DNA of 64,000 nt from Gemmatimonadetes bacterium 13_1_40CM_69_22 (GCA_001917665.1 MNEL01000020.1:119-64118), one strand, 5' to 3'; positions 17,449-27,722 are shown, numbered from the stretch's first letter. The notes: generated by a model not told the origin, from the sequence alone. Program-made: numbers and translations.

Positions 17449-17912
17449 GGGGACGGAGGGGGAGCGCCGAGCTGCGCGCGCGCCGCTTCCAACGGCAGCG
17501 TGTGGGGCGCGAGCGCCGCGACCAGCCCAGCCGGGAGCGGCTGGGGCTTCAAGTGTTTCCGATCCACGCAAACGAGGACCATCCACCCCGCCGCGGTGAG
17601 AGACTGGCCGGTGCCGCGGAACACGTCGAAGTTCAGAGTCATCGACGTCGTGCCGATCCGCCCGACATAGGTGGCGACGCGCAGCCGGTCGTCGAGGCGC
17701 GCCGGCGAGTAGAACTCGCTGTGCACGGCCTTGCGGGGAAGGAAGATGTCGTAGCGATCGAAGACCCGGGCGTAGGCGAGGCCGCAGGCGCGGAACAGCT
17801 CGGTTTCCGCGATCTCGAAGAAGCGAACGTAGGAGCCGTAGAAGATGATGCCCGCAAAATCCACGTCGGACCAGCGGACATAGTCTTCGACGACGTACGG
17901 CGTGGCGGGCAT
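17445..17912 (-). CDS. Acyl-CoA thioesterase (YbgC/4HBT hot-dog fold)
   Basis: VRWSDVDFAGIIFYGSYVRFFEIAE, YSPARLDD. Confidence 0.9.
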   Translation of the reverse strand: MPATPYVVEDYVRWSDVDFAGIIFYGSYVRFFEIAETELFRACGLAYARVFDRYDIFLPRKAVHSEFYSPARLDDRLRVATYVGRIGTTSMTLNFDVFRGTGQSLTAAGWMVLVCVDRKHLKPQPLPAGLVAALAPHTLPLEAARAQLGAPPPSP

Positions 17913-17991
17913 GGTTTCCCGGGCGTGGCCTGAGCGGGAAGCTAGACGGCGGGAAACTACGACGCCAGCAGCCTGGCGCGCCCCTGCGCCG

Positions 17992-18519
17992 CTACACCCG
18001 CGCCGGGGGTCCGTGGCTGCCGCGCGCGTCGGGCCGGAGGCCGTAGGCGCGCAGCCTCCGCCATAGCGTAGTGCGGCTGATCCCGAGCCGGCGCGCCGTT
18101 TCGGCCAACTTGCCGTGCGTCTGCTCCAGCGTGTCCAGGATCGCCTGCCGCTCGCGCTCCGCGAGCGTCTTCGCGTGAGCGCCGTCGGCCAGGAAGATCG
18201 CCTCACCGAGCTCCGCCGAGCCCTGCTTCAGCGAGCGCGCTCGACCGCCCAGCGCGACCAGCCGCTCTCGCAAAGCGCCGCCGCGCAGAAACGTGGCGTC
18301 GCCCAGGCTGTCCACGACTTTCCGGGCACGCTGGTTGGCGTAGATCATTCGGCCGTAGGCGTCGAACACCACGACGCCCTCCCCAAAAGACTCCAGGACC
18401 GCTTGGCCGAGCGGCGCGAAGGAGAGCGGAGGCGGGACGCTGGTAGCCTTGTCTCGTTGAGCCATACGTAATTGCATACTCGGATGCGGGGTCAGAGTTT
18501 CAGGCAGCATCGCCGTCAT
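17992..18519 (-). CDS. PAS-like plus Fis-type HTH protein (start may be 18477)
   Basis: VLESFGEGVVVFDAYGRMIYANQRA and TLAERERQAI...ETARRLGISRTTLWRRL. Confidence 0.8.
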   Translation of the reverse strand: MTAMLPETLTPHPSMQLRMAQRDKATSVPPPLSFAPLGQAVLESFGEGVVVFDAYGRMIYANQRARKVVDSLGDATFLRGGALRERLVALGGRARSLKQGSAELGEAIFLADGAHAKTLAERERQAILDTLEQTHGKLAETARRLGISRTTLWRRLRAYGLRPDARGSHGPPARV

Positions 18520-18566
18520 AGAGAGGACCCCCCGATCCGCCCGAGGTCACACCTCGGCCTGGCCCG

Positions 18567-21119
18567 CTAGCGGCGGCGGCGGCGCCCGCCGCGAACCAGG
18601 CGGACGCGCTCCTCGCGCGAGAGCCCGCTGAGCTGCCGGTGCAGCTCCTCCACCGTCGCAGCGCGCACTGCCTCCCGCTTACCGCGCAGCACTATGAAAC
18701 GCACCGGGCGGTCCAGCGGCGGGAGGTCGCGGGGCTGGAGCCGGCGCGCCTGCCCCTCCTTGAGCCGCAGGCGGATCACGCCCACGCCCTGCTCCACCTC
18801 GTAGTCCACGGGGACGCGGTCGCCGTAGAGGTGGATCGAAGACGGCAGCGCTTCGAGCTGGTGGCGCAGGCCCTCGGGGACCGCCGCATCGACGTCGAGG
18901 GCGATGCGCGTATTGATGAACTCGTCCCACGAGCTCACGCCCTCGAGCTGAGCGGCGAGCCGGGCAGTCAGTCGCTCGCTCGCCGCCTCCGCGACCCGTC
19001 CGCCGGAGCGGCGCCAATAGAAGCCGAAGCGCTCGAGCGCCTTGCGGATCCGCCCCTGGTCGGGATGGGGCGTTGCCCCCGCCAGCAGGGCCTGGACCAG
19101 CGCTGCCCGCGCGGCGGCGGCGAGCTCGGGCGGGAACGGGCTGCGCAGGGGCTCGACGTCGCGCTCGAGCACGAAGCCGAAGTACTCGACAGTGCGCACC
19201 ACCATCAGCCCCTCTCGTCGACGGTGCCGCTCGAACACCACGGTCGGCGCCCCGCGTCGCGCGTAGCGACGCAACGCGCGCTCGGGAAGCTGGGTCCCTT
19301 CGATGCTCGCCCGCGGCACGCCGAACCGGTCCGCGAAGTAGCGCAGCGTCCCCGCGACCGCCCCCCAGCTGCCGCACACAGAGCCGCGGCTCACCCGCGC
19401 CTCGTGCCCATCCGCCGTCTCCTCCTCGATCACCAGGTCGAACGGCATGATCTTCGCGACCAGATCGGCGAACGCCGCGAGCGTCTTCTCGCCGGCGTAG
19501 GACAGCTTGTCCGGCAGCGCGAGCTCGATCTGGCGGTACACCGACGCCGTGCCGAGGGCGACGTCCTCGATCGCCTTGACGAGCACGCCGCGGCCCTCCG
19601 CCCAGTCATCGATGCTCTCGTGGAAGACGTGGCGCGGGAGGCCGTACACCTCCCCCAAGGAGCCGTGCTTGTTGACCGCCTCGGCGTAGACGTTGTACGC
19701 CGTGAGGTGATCGCTGCCCGGCACGATCAGTCCCTTCAGCTCCCGCTCCTCACGCGTCATGCGGTGGAGCGATTCGATGTTGGCGGCGACGGCGACCACC
19801 GGGATCAACTCGCCCTCCGCGTGATAGAGCAGCTCGCCCCACGGCCGCTCGACCGGCATCGCCTCGACCTCGCGTCCGTAGCGCGTGAGCCGGCCCTGCT
19901 CGATGAGACCCCGGTCCGTCAGGAGCTGGAGCGCATCGCGATACGCCTTGCGATCGAGCGGGACGGGCAGGTCGAGGTCCCGCGCGTCGACGCCCAGCGC
20001 AGCGCAGGTGATCGCGACGCGCTCTGCGTCGCCCGCGAGCTGAAACTCCGGCGGCGTCGGCACGAGCCGCTCGAAATCGAGATCGCGGTCGCTGAGGATG
20101 TAGACCTCGCCCCCTTCGACCCGCCCGTGCACCCGCCCCGCCATCTGGAGGATCTCGTTCGCCCCGAGATACAGCCGGGTGAGCACGTTGCGGCCCCGCT
20201 CCACCACGTTGGTGTAGCGCGCGTCGTAGATCACCACCGTGTCGAGCCCGCGGATGTTGAGCGCGGACTGGCCCGCTGCCGTCATGGCGAGCAGGAACGG
20301 GCGCCGCACCTCCCCATCGAGGAACGGCCGGATGACCCGGATCGGCTCGCCCCCGTGGTAGAACGCCGTGGGCAGCGTTTGCCAGCGTGCACCCAGCTCC
20401 CGCGCGATTTGCTCGACTTCGGCTCGGGTCGGCACGAACACGGCTACCCCGCGGCGCTGCCGCATCACCTGCCTGACGAAGCGCTCGTTCAGGAACTCGA
20501 GCGGCTGCTGGGGGAGGACGCGCACCTGGGCCGCCTTCGCCGGGTCGAACGCCCGGGTCTCGAGCACCTCCACCGCGCCGAGGTAGCGGGCGTAGAAGGC
20601 CGGATCCACGGTCGCCGACAGCCAGATGAAGCGGCAGCGCGCCCGCTTGCCGAGCGCGAGGCAGAGCTCGAGCTCCGCCGACGTCTGGTGGATCTCGTCC
20701 ACGACGAGCGTGTCGCGGTCGGTGATCAGGCCGTCCTCGAACCAGCGGCGCGCGATCCCCGTCGTGACGATCACCACGTTCCAGGTGGGAGTTTCGGGCG
20801 TTGCTTCGCGCTCCCGGTTCACGACGCCCACCTTGAGGTGCGCCCGCAAGATGGTTTCGGCGATCGACCGGATGGCGAGCGTTTTCCCCGTGCCGGTGCC
20901 CGCCACGATCCCGAACCCGCGCCCCGAGGCGGCGAGGCGAAGGATGTCGTCACCGTGCTCTCGCTCGAGCAGCGTGTCGATGCTCAGGCCGAGCGCGAGC
21001 TCGATCGTTTCGCACGCCGCACGGGTCGGGGCGATGACCACGACCCGCCCGGTGGAGGGCTCGGCGGCGAGGAAGGCCTGCGGATCGGGAGGAAGAAAGT
21101 GGTCGCGCGAGATTCGCAC
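18567..21119 (-). CDS. HrpA/HrpB-like DEAH-box helicase with atypical motif order
   Basis: GTGTGKT, TTG, DEIH, SAT, FVPTR..YHGG, QMAGRVHGR and an HA2-like LTRYGRE..MPV. Confidence 0.85.
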   Translation of the reverse strand: MRISRDHFLPPDPQAFLAAEPSTGRVVVIAPTRAACETIELALGLSIDTLLEREHGDDILRLAASGRGFGIVAGTGTGKTLAIRSIAETILRAHLKVGVVNREREATPETPTWNVVIVTTGIARRWFEDGLITDRDTLVVDEIHQTSAELELCLALGKRARCRFIWLSATVDPAFYARYLGAVEVLETRAFDPAKAAQVRVLPQQPLEFLNERFVRQVMRQRRGVAVFVPTRAEVEQIARELGARWQTLPTAFYHGGEPIRVIRPFLDGEVRRPFLLAMTAAGQSALNIRGLDTVVIYDARYTNVVERGRNVLTRLYLGANEILQMAGRVHGRVEGGEVYILSDRDLDFERLVPTPPEFQLAGDAERVAITCAALGVDARDLDLPVPLDRKAYRDALQLLTDRGLIEQGRLTRYGREVEAMPVERPWGELLYHAEGELIPVVAVAANIESLHRMTREERELKGLIVPGSDHLTAYNVYAEAVNKHGSLGEVYGLPRHVFHESIDDWAEGRGVLVKAIEDVALGTASVYRQIELALPDKLSYAGEKTLAAFADLVAKIMPFDLVIEEETADGHEARVSRGSVCGSWGAVAGTLRYFADRFGVPRASIEGTQLPERALRRYARRGAPTVVFERHRRREGLMVVRTVEYFGFVLERDVEPLRSPFPPELAAAARAALVQALLAGATPHPDQGRIRKALERFGFYWRRSGGRVAEAASERLTARLAAQLEGVSSWDEFINTRIALDVDAAVPEGLRHQLEALPSSIHLYGDRVPVDYEVEQGVGVIRLRLKEGQARRLQPRDLPPLDRPVRFIVLRGKREAVRAATVEELHRQLSGLSREERVRLVRGGRRRRR

Positions 21120-21190
21120 GCCCGCAATATAGATTAGGCGCGGCGCCCGCTCACGAACCCCAACCCCCTCGACCGAGGAGGAGGCGGGAA

Positions 21191-22078
21191 ATGTCGGCTC
21201 GCTGGCTCGCTTGCCTCGTGCTGCTCCCCTTGGGCGCAGCCTCCGCGCAGAAACTGGAGAAAAAACCGCTCACGCCCGAGCAGTTAGAAGCCCAGCTCCA
21301 CTACCAGACCGGCCGCGTGTCCATCCGCAATGGCCTCGCGACGCTCGTGCTGCCGGCCGAATTCCGCTACCTCGACTCCCGTCAGGCCGCCACGGTGCTC
21401 CAGGCGTGGGGGAATCCGCCCGGCAGCCGCACGCTCGGCTTGCTCCTCCCGTCGGGCCTCAGCGTGTTCGCCCGCGAGGCCTGGGCCGTCGTGATCACCT
21501 ACGACGAAGACGGCTACGTCAAGGACGACGAAGCGGCGCAGATCGACTCCGACGACCTCCTGAAGAAGATGCAGCAGGGGATCCGCGATGGAAACGACGA
21601 GCGCAAGCGCGCCGGCTACCCCACGGTCGAGCTCGTCGGATGGGCCGAGCCGCCGCACTACGACAGCGCCAGCCACAAGCTGTACTGGGCGAAGGACCTG
21701 CGGTTCGGCGGCGACAGCGGGCGTACGCTCAACTACAACATCCGGGTGTTCGGGCGGCGCGGCGTCCTGGTACTCAACGCGGTCGCCGCGATGGACCAGC
21801 TCGAGTCGATCAAGCGCGCGATGAGCCAAGTGATGGGTTTCGTCGAGTTCAACGAGGGGCACCGCTACGCCGACTTCGTCCCGGGTACCGACAAGGTCGC
21901 CGAATACGGCATTGCCGCGCTGATCGCCGGGGGCGTCGCCGCGAAGGCAGGGCTCTTCAAGGTGCTGCTCGCCGCCTTGATTGGGCTGAAGAAGGTCCTC
22001 GTCGTAGCGCTGGCCGCGGCAGCCGGGTTCTTTCGCAAGCTGTTCCGCCGCAAGCCGGCAGACGCGGCCGCGAAGTAG
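21191..22078 (+). CDS. DUF2167 family membrane-anchored protein
   Basis: WAVVITYDEDGYVKDD, GWAEPPHYD...KLYWAK, LNY.IR..GRRG, RYADF.PGTDKVAEYG; C-terminal TM helix. Confidence 0.88.
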   Translation: MSARWLACLVLLPLGAASAQKLEKKPLTPEQLEAQLHYQTGRVSIRNGLATLVLPAEFRYLDSRQAATVLQAWGNPPGSRTLGLLLPSGLSVFAREAWAVVITYDEDGYVKDDEAAQIDSDDLLKKMQQGIRDGNDERKRAGYPTVELVGWAEPPHYDSASHKLYWAKDLRFGGDSGRTLNYNIRVFGRRGVLVLNAVAAMDQLESIKRAMSQVMGFVEFNEGHRYADFVPGTDKVAEYGIAALIAGGVAAKAGLFKVLLAALIGLKKVLVVALAAAAGFFRKLFRRKPADAAAK

Positions 22079-22079
22079 G

Positions 22080-22119
22080 AAAAAGAAAGCGGGAGGCGTG
22101 CGTGCAACGCCTCCCGCTT
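22080..22119 (-). terminator. Intrinsic (probably bidirectional) terminator
   Basis: 13-bp stem AAGCGGGAGGCGT/ACGCCTCCCGCTT followed by a T tract on the minus strand, between convergent genes. Confidence 0.8.
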
Positions 22120-22222
22120 GACCACCGTACCGTGCGCTCCTGCCTAGGGCATCAGGAGCCGCACCGGCGACCTCCGCACGCGCTCGCTCCGAATGGTACG
22201 GCGCGCGATTAACCCGCGGCGC

Positions 22223-22525
22223 TCACTCGTCGTCATCGTAGCCGTACTGGTGATGGCGGTGATGATGCCGGTAGATTCTCGCCCGAGTCACGAATACCCG
22301 ATCGACGAACAGGGGGCGAACCGGATAGGGCCGGGGGACGACAACGACCACCGGCGGCCGATAGAAGTACGGGCGGTAGACATACGGCCGCTCCACCACG
22401 ACGATGCCAGACACGTAGGGCCGCGGCACACCGAACCCGACCGCGACGCTGACCCGCGTCTGCGCCGCGGCGGGAGCCGCAGCGAGTGCGAGTACCAGTC
22501 CGAATGCCAAAGCTGTGCGTTTCAT
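22223..22525 (-). CDS. Small secreted Pro/Tyr/Arg-rich protein
   Basis: GGAGGTGA RBS, signal peptide MKRTALAFGLVLALAAAPAAAQ. Confidence 0.75.
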   Translation of the reverse strand: MKRTALAFGLVLALAAAPAAAQTRVSVAVGFGVPRPYVSGIVVVERPYVYRPYFYRPPVVVVVPRPYPVRPLFVDRVFVTRARIYRHHHRHHQYGYDDDE

Positions 22526-22686
22526 AGGTCACCTCCGCGACACCGGCTCGTCGGAAGGGTCATGCCACAGGCGGAGGCCGTCGGATAACCTGCGCATCTG
22601 AGCCCACTTAGGGACGTTGGGCATGGGGCGTCGTGGCGCGCGGAGTTGTCACCCCCAGCGGTCACCGTGTAGCGGGGTCGGGTCCC

Positions 22687-23754
22687 TCAATCTCCCAGGC
22701 TGATCCCCAGGTCGCGCGCCGTCGCGATGGTATCGGAGTCGAGCGGGACGAGCTTCGGCATGGCGAGCGCCTCCGCAATGGGGATAGGGGCGATGGCGGG
22801 GGGTCGCAGCGCGACCATCGTCCCGAACTTCCCTTCTGCGATCACGCGTACGGCCGCCGCACCGAACCGCAGGCCCAGCAGGCGGTCGAACGTCGTGGGG
22901 CTGCCGCCACGCTGGAGGTGCCCCAGTACGATCGTGCGCGTCTCCTTGCCCGTCATTTCCTGGATCGAGTTGGCGACCTTGTCGCCGATTCCGCCGAGGC
23001 GCTCGTGCTCGGGATCGATCAGCGACACGGTGCCGCCCTTCGGTGCCGCTCCCTCCGCGACCACCACGATGCTGAAGTGCCGGCCCTCGGTTTCGCGCCG
23101 CTGGATTTTGTCGCACACCTTCCTGATATCGAAAGGGATCTCGGGGATCAGGATCACGTCGGCAGACCCGGAGATCCCGGAGTGCAGGGCGATCCACCCG
23201 GCGTGGCGCCCCATCACCTCCACCACCATGACGCGCTCGTGACTCTCGGCCGTGGAGTGGAGCTTGTCGATGGCGTCGGTGGCGGTCTGGACCGCGGTAT
23301 CGAAGCCGAACGTGGAGACGGTGCCACCGACGTCGTTGTCGATCGTCTTCGGCACGCCGACCACCGGGATCCCTTTCTCGAACAGCCGGTGCGCGATGCG
23401 CAGCGAGCCATCACCGCCGATTGCGATGAGGGCGTCGATCCCTTTGGTCCGGAAAGCGGCGATGAGCTCGTCGGTGCGGTCCCGCTCGACCCAACGGCCG
23501 TCGGGGAGCTGCTCGCGCCACCGGAACGGATCGCCGCGGTTGGTGGACCCGAGGATGGTGCCACCGAGGTGTGTGATGCCGCGGACCGCGTTGGCATCGA
23601 GCGTCACGACGCGGTCCTCGTCCAGCAGCCCGTCATAGCCGCGCCGGATACCGACGCACGCCCAGCCGCGGTGGACCGCAGCGAGCACGGCCCCGCGGAT
23701 CACGGCGTTCAGCCCCGGGGCGTCGCCGCCGCCGGTGGAGATCGCGATTCTCAA
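22687..23754 (-). CDS. pfkA: 6-phosphofructokinase
   Basis: TGGGDAPGLN, GGTILG, GGDGS, PKTIDND, EVMGRHAG, LGHLQRGG; TTG start. Confidence 0.93.
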   Translation of the reverse strand: MRIAISTGGGDAPGLNAVIRGAVLAAVHRGWACVGIRRGYDGLLDEDRVVTLDANAVRGITHLGGTILGSTNRGDPFRWREQLPDGRWVERDRTDELIAAFRTKGIDALIAIGGDGSLRIAHRLFEKGIPVVGVPKTIDNDVGGTVSTFGFDTAVQTATDAIDKLHSTAESHERVMVVEVMGRHAGWIALHSGISGSADVILIPEIPFDIRKVCDKIQRRETEGRHFSIVVVAEGAAPKGGTVSLIDPEHERLGGIGDKVANSIQEMTGKETRTIVLGHLQRGGSPTTFDRLLGLRFGAAAVRVIAEGKFGTMVALRPPAIAPIPIAEALAMPKLVPLDSDTIATARDLGISLGD

Positions 23755-23990
23755 CGCGCCGGCGGCGCCGTCTGCTGAATCAGGCGCAGCACTTCCCCGG
23801 GCTCAGCGTGCCGCCCGAGGGCCTTTTTGGAGAACAGGCGACGCCCGTCGATCTCGACTTCGAACACACCGCCGGAGGACTGGATCAGCTTGACGTCCGC
23901 GTGCGGGTAGGCCTTGCGGATCTCGGCCGCCAGACCGGCGGCCCGAGGCTCGTAGTTTCAGACGACACAGTACTCGATGGTGACGCGCAT
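23751..23990 (-). CDS. Rdx/SelW/SelT/SelH-family selenoprotein (79 aa, Sec at codon 11)
   Basis: Manual translation MRVTIEYCVV-UGA-NYEPRAAGLAAEI...SSGGVFEVEIDGRRLFSKKALGRHAEPGEV; CxxU plus GxFEV..FSK family motifs; UGA at 23958-23960. Confidence 0.9.
23922..23947 (-). promoter_or_regulatory. Bacterial SECIS element
   Basis: CUCG-G-GCCGCC-[GGUCU]-GGCGGC-CGAG hairpin; G-initiated loop 21 nt after the UGA. Confidence 0.82.
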
Positions 23991-24103
23991 ACGGGGTGTG
24001 GGAGAGCCGGCTCGGTTCCGTGTAAGGATAGTCGCGCTTGACACGCCACGCCACAGTCCCGAGTTTGCGCGGCATCCACCCCCGAGGATTCAGACCGACC
24101 GGC

Positions 24104-26224
24104 ATGAGCATCCTTCCCCGCCTCAAGGCCTCGCCCGGCGTGCTGGTGCGAACGCTCGTGTCGCTCGGGGCCGTCCTCGCCGTCGTCGCGGCGGTCGCCG
24201 CCTACGCCTCCGGACGGGCGGTCCTCGGTGCCGGTCTCGGGACCGAGTTCGTCATGCTAGTGGCGATCGGTGCGCTGTCGCGGCGCTACGGGGTGGCGCT
24301 CCCCGGCAATGGCTTTTCTTCTTACATCGTGGGCGTCACGGCGTTCGCTGTGCTCGACCGCGGGTGGGCGTGCGCGGCCCTTGTCGCCCCGACGGCCATG
24401 GTCGCGGGCGACCTGTTGTTGCGGCGGCTGCCGGCCCGCACGGCGCTGGGAAACGCCGCCCATCTCACGGCCGGCACGGCGGTCGTCGGCCTCATGTACG
24501 AGCGTCTCGGCGGCCTCCTGGGTGCCGACGCGCTCGACGCGACGAACCTCGCGCCCCTCGCCGCGCTGCTCGCGCTCCTACCCGTCGTCGTCAACGCCAC
24601 GTTCTACCTCGAGCTCGCGCTCGGTCGCTCGCTGGCATGGGTGGACGCGTGGCTCACCGCGCGGTGGGAGACGATCGTGTATGCCTGCTCCGCCGGGCTC
24701 GCGCTCGCCTGGCTGCGCCTCGCCCACGCCGGGCTTGGCCCGGTCGAGACGTTCGTAGCGGGCGCGGTCCTCGCCACGGCGACCGCGACCAGCGTGTACG
24801 TCGTCCGGCTCGGGGTGCGCGCCGACGAACTCGCATTGATCCAAGGGCTCTCGCAGGTCATCGCGCGAGACATCTCGCTCGCGAAGAGCTTCGCGCGCAT
24901 TCAGGAGCTCACGCGGCGCCTGGTGCCGTGGGAGCAGATGGGCTTCGCCCGCTACGACTCCCGCACCAACGAAATGGAGCTCGTCGCCGACACCGCGGCC
25001 GGCGGCCGGACGAGCTTTCGCTTCGACGCGAACGCCGGGCTGACCGGCGAGGCAGTCCGGCTACGCCGTCCCGTCGTGGCGCACGCGCTGCGGCCTGACC
25101 AGGTCGTCCTCCCTGGCGAGGAGCGCCCCGGCGCGGAGGTGCTCGTCCCGCTCTATCACGCCGGCCAACTGGTCGGTCTGTGGAGCGTGCGCCACTCCGA
25201 TCCCCTGATGTACCGCGAAACCGACGGCGAGGTGCTCGCGCTCCTCGCCCCCCAGCTCGCGCTCATGCTCGCGATCGAGACGTCGGTACAGCCGGTAGTC
25301 GGCGCCTCCGAGCGAACGACCACGTACATCGGGACCCTCACCGCGACGACGCAGGAGATCCATGCGTCGAGCCAGGAGGTAGCCGCGGCGGCCCAGCGCG
25401 CCAGCCACGGCGCGAAGCAGGCGGCGAGTCTCGTGAGCGCCGTGGCGCGCGAGTCGGATCAGCTCAAGCAGCACGCCGGCGAGGTCGCCGCGGCCGGCGA
25501 CCAGACGCGCGACTCGGGCTCCGCGATGGAGAAGACCACCGACAAGGTCCGCCTCGCGACCGAGACCGCCGTCCGCCGCCTCACGGACCTCGGGGTGACG
25601 ACCGAGCACAGCGCGTCCGAAGTGCGGCGGCTGCGCGACGTCGCCGAGCAGGTGGAGAAATTCTCGGAGACGATCGGGTTCATCGCGAACCAGACCAATC
25701 TGCTCGCTCTCAACGCTACGATCGAGGCGGCGCGTGCCGGCGTGCACGGCCGCGGTTTCGCCGTCGTGGCCGACGAGGTGCATAAGCTCGCGGAAGCAAG
25801 CGGGCGCGAGGCCCGGGCCGTCGGCCGGTCGGCGCAGGACACGCGCGGAGCTCTCGACCGCGCCGCCCAGCTGCTCGAGGGGCTCCGCGAGGACCTGACC
25901 GAGGTCGTCCGGGGCTCGTCCGAGTGGGTGTCGGACCTGAGCCACATCGCCGAGGCAGCCTCCAGCACCGCCCGGGCGGGGAAGCGCGTGGCGGAACTCG
26001 CGCGCGGCATCGCGGCGCTGTCGGGCCGGATCAGCGCGGCGCTCGAACAGGCGAAGGCCGGCGCCCAGTCGTCGAGCACGGAGGCGGAGGCCGTGGCGGC
26101 CGCAGCGGCGGAGCAGCTCAAGGCCATTGAAGCCCTCACCCACGGCGCCACCGAGCTGGCGCAGCTCGCCGACAACCTTGCGAAAGCGGTGCGCTTCGTC
26201 CGGGGGGAGAACGGCCATCCGTAG
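24104..26224 (+). CDS. Methyl-accepting chemotaxis-like protein (multi-TM, GAF, MCP signal domain)
   Basis: [38 protein letters not shown]; GAF-like GLTGEAV...VLVPL; hydrophobic N-terminus. Confidence 0.9.
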   Translation: MSILPRLKASPGVLVRTLVSLGAVLAVVAAVAAYASGRAVLGAGLGTEFVMLVAIGALSRRYGVALPGNGFSSYIVGVTAFAVLDRGWACAALVAPTAMVAGDLLLRRLPARTALGNAAHLTAGTAVVGLMYERLGGLLGADALDATNLAPLAALLALLPVVVNATFYLELALGRSLAWVDAWLTARWETIVYACSAGLALAWLRLAHAGLGPVETFVAGAVLATATATSVYVVRLGVRADELALIQGLSQVIARDISLAKSFARIQELTRRLVPWEQMGFARYDSRTNEMELVADTAAGGRTSFRFDANAGLTGEAVRLRRPVVAHALRPDQVVLPGEERPGAEVLVPLYHAGQLVGLWSVRHSDPLMYRETDGEVLALLAPQLALMLAIETSVQPVVGASERTTTYIGTLTATTQEIHASSQEVAAAAQRASHGAKQAASLVSAVARESDQLKQHAGEVAAAGDQTRDSGSAMEKTTDKVRLATETAVRRLTDLGVTTEHSASEVRRLRDVAEQVEKFSETIGFIANQTNLLALNATIEAARAGVHGRGFAVVADEVHKLAEASGREARAVGRSAQDTRGALDRAAQLLEGLREDLTEVVRGSSEWVSDLSHIAEAASSTARAGKRVAELARGIAALSGRISAALEQAKAGAQSSSTEAEAVAAAAAEQLKAIEALTHGATELAQLADNLAKAVRFVRGENGHP

Positions 26225-27668
26225 GCTCGCGCCAGCCTGGGCCGTCCTGCTCGCCGGGTGCGGCGACACGATTGGACCGCCCGCGCAGGCCGGGCCCCGC
26301 GTCGACTACGTCGACGGCGCGATCGATCCCATCCTAGTGCGCGGCCAGGCCGCGGTGATTGAGGGCTTCGGGTTCGGGGCCGCGCCGGGCACCGGGGGCG
26401 TCACGCTCGCCGGCGCTGGAGGCAGCGTCGCCGCGCCCATGGCCGGCTCGAGCGATTGGAGCGACCTCACCATCCGCTTCACCGTGCCGGACAGCGCGGT
26501 TTCGGGAATGCTCACCGTGACGACGGCGGCCGGGCTTCGGCTCACAGCTACCGTACACGTGATTCCTCGTCTCCGGTTCGGCCCGGACACGCTGACCTGG
26601 AAGCAGCGGACTGCCTTCCCGCGCGCTCCCGTGGGCGTCGGGGTCGCGGCGGCGGAGATTCCCGCGGACAACGTCGTTTCGATCACCCTGTACGCCGCGG
26701 GCGGTGCCGAGCTGGTCGGCGCGCGTCTCGTCCCCGACGCGGGCGTCTACGTCGCCCGGGCGCTCGCGGGCGGGGCGGTCGGCGCGTGGGCGCGCCAGCC
26801 CGACAACGCGGACCCGCTCAAGAGCCGGGCACTTCCCGCGCCGCGCGGGTTCGCCGCCGTGGCCGTGGCCACGCGCTACAACTCCCACTTCACGGGAAGC
26901 GCGCTGTACGTGATCGGGGGCATCGACTCCGCCGGTCGGGCGCAGCCGTCGGTGTTCGCAGCCGATGTCACTCCAGACAGCGTCGCCGGGCACTTCGCGC
27001 CGATCGAGCCGCTTCCCGCACCGGTGGCGGGCGCGACCGCGGTGGTGCGGCGCGGCCGGATCTACGTCATCGGCGGCACGGACTCGCTCGGGCGCCCGCA
27101 ACGCTCGGTGTTCGTCGGGCGCATCGCCGCCGACGGGCATATCGACGGCTGGTACCGGCAGCCCTTGCTCCCGACGCCACGGGCCTACGGTGGCGGTGTG
27201 GTCCTCGACGATCGCGCGGTCGCGTTCGGCGGAGTGGCGGATAGCGTGCCGCCGGGCGGCGGACTCGACCCAACGACGCCGCGGCTCGCTTCGAGCGATA
27301 CCGCGCCGGTGAGCCTCGTCTCGGGCTTCTTGGCCGGCCCTTGGGCCTCGGGAAACACGCTGTTCCCCGCCCCCCGGTCGCAGTTCGCTACGCTGGACCT
27401 GGGCGACGTCGTCCTGCTCGTGGGCGGCATGTACGGTGGCGCCGCCACGAACGACGCGGAGACGCTCGCGGCCGCCGTGATCGGCGACTCGCTCGGCCTG
27501 TTTACGGGGCCCGCCGGCCCCGGCACGATTGCGGCGCAGGGCGGCGGCACGCTGGTGGGGCCGGCGGGCGTCAGCTGGCGCGAGTCGGATGGGTCACGGC
27601 ATGCGCTCGTGATCGGGGGGATCGACCTGAACACGGGCCTGCGGAAATCGGGCGTCTGGGGTTTCTAA
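26178..27668 (+). CDS. Lipoprotein with IPT/TIG-like and Kelch-like repeats (start uncertain)
   Basis: Lipobox VLLAGC; IEGFGFG..WSD..I.FTVP; repeated LP.PR...LYVIGG. Confidence 0.7.
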   Translation: MRKRCASSGGRTAIRRLAPAWAVLLAGCGDTIGPPAQAGPRVDYVDGAIDPILVRGQAAVIEGFGFGAAPGTGGVTLAGAGGSVAAPMAGSSDWSDLTIRFTVPDSAVSGMLTVTTAAGLRLTATVHVIPRLRFGPDTLTWKQRTAFPRAPVGVGVAAAEIPADNVVSITLYAAGGAELVGARLVPDAGVYVARALAGGAVGAWARQPDNADPLKSRALPAPRGFAAVAVATRYNSHFTGSALYVIGGIDSAGRAQPSVFAADVTPDSVAGHFAPIEPLPAPVAGATAVVRRGRIYVIGGTDSLGRPQRSVFVGRIAADGHIDGWYRQPLLPTPRAYGGGVVLDDRAVAFGGVADSVPPGGGLDPTTPRLASSDTAPVSLVSGFLAGPWASGNTLFPAPRSQFATLDLGDVVLLVGGMYGGAATNDAETLAAAVIGDSLGLFTGPAGPGTIAAQGGGTLVGPAGVSWRESDGSRHALVIGGIDLNTGLRKSGVWGF

Positions 27669-27722
27669 CCGGAGCCCGAGTTATTACCGTAGGGCCACAC
27701 CCTAGGGACCGGGGGCCGAGTC

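Noticed and set aside
10300-21119. Two helicases as an anti-phage defence island or mobile element
   Set aside because: They are interspersed with housekeeping genes (ispH, thioesterase), composition is uniform, and no nuclease, integrase or transposase is present
22552-22567. Sigma54 promoter TGGCATG-ACCC-TTCCG
   Set aside because: It lacks the conserved -12 GC, so it is too weak to list as a feature
23803-24126. Tracked ORFs 23803-24126 (-), 23808-24041 (+) and 23885-24079 (-)
   Set aside because: The region is better explained by the UGA-containing Rdx selenoprotein in another frame
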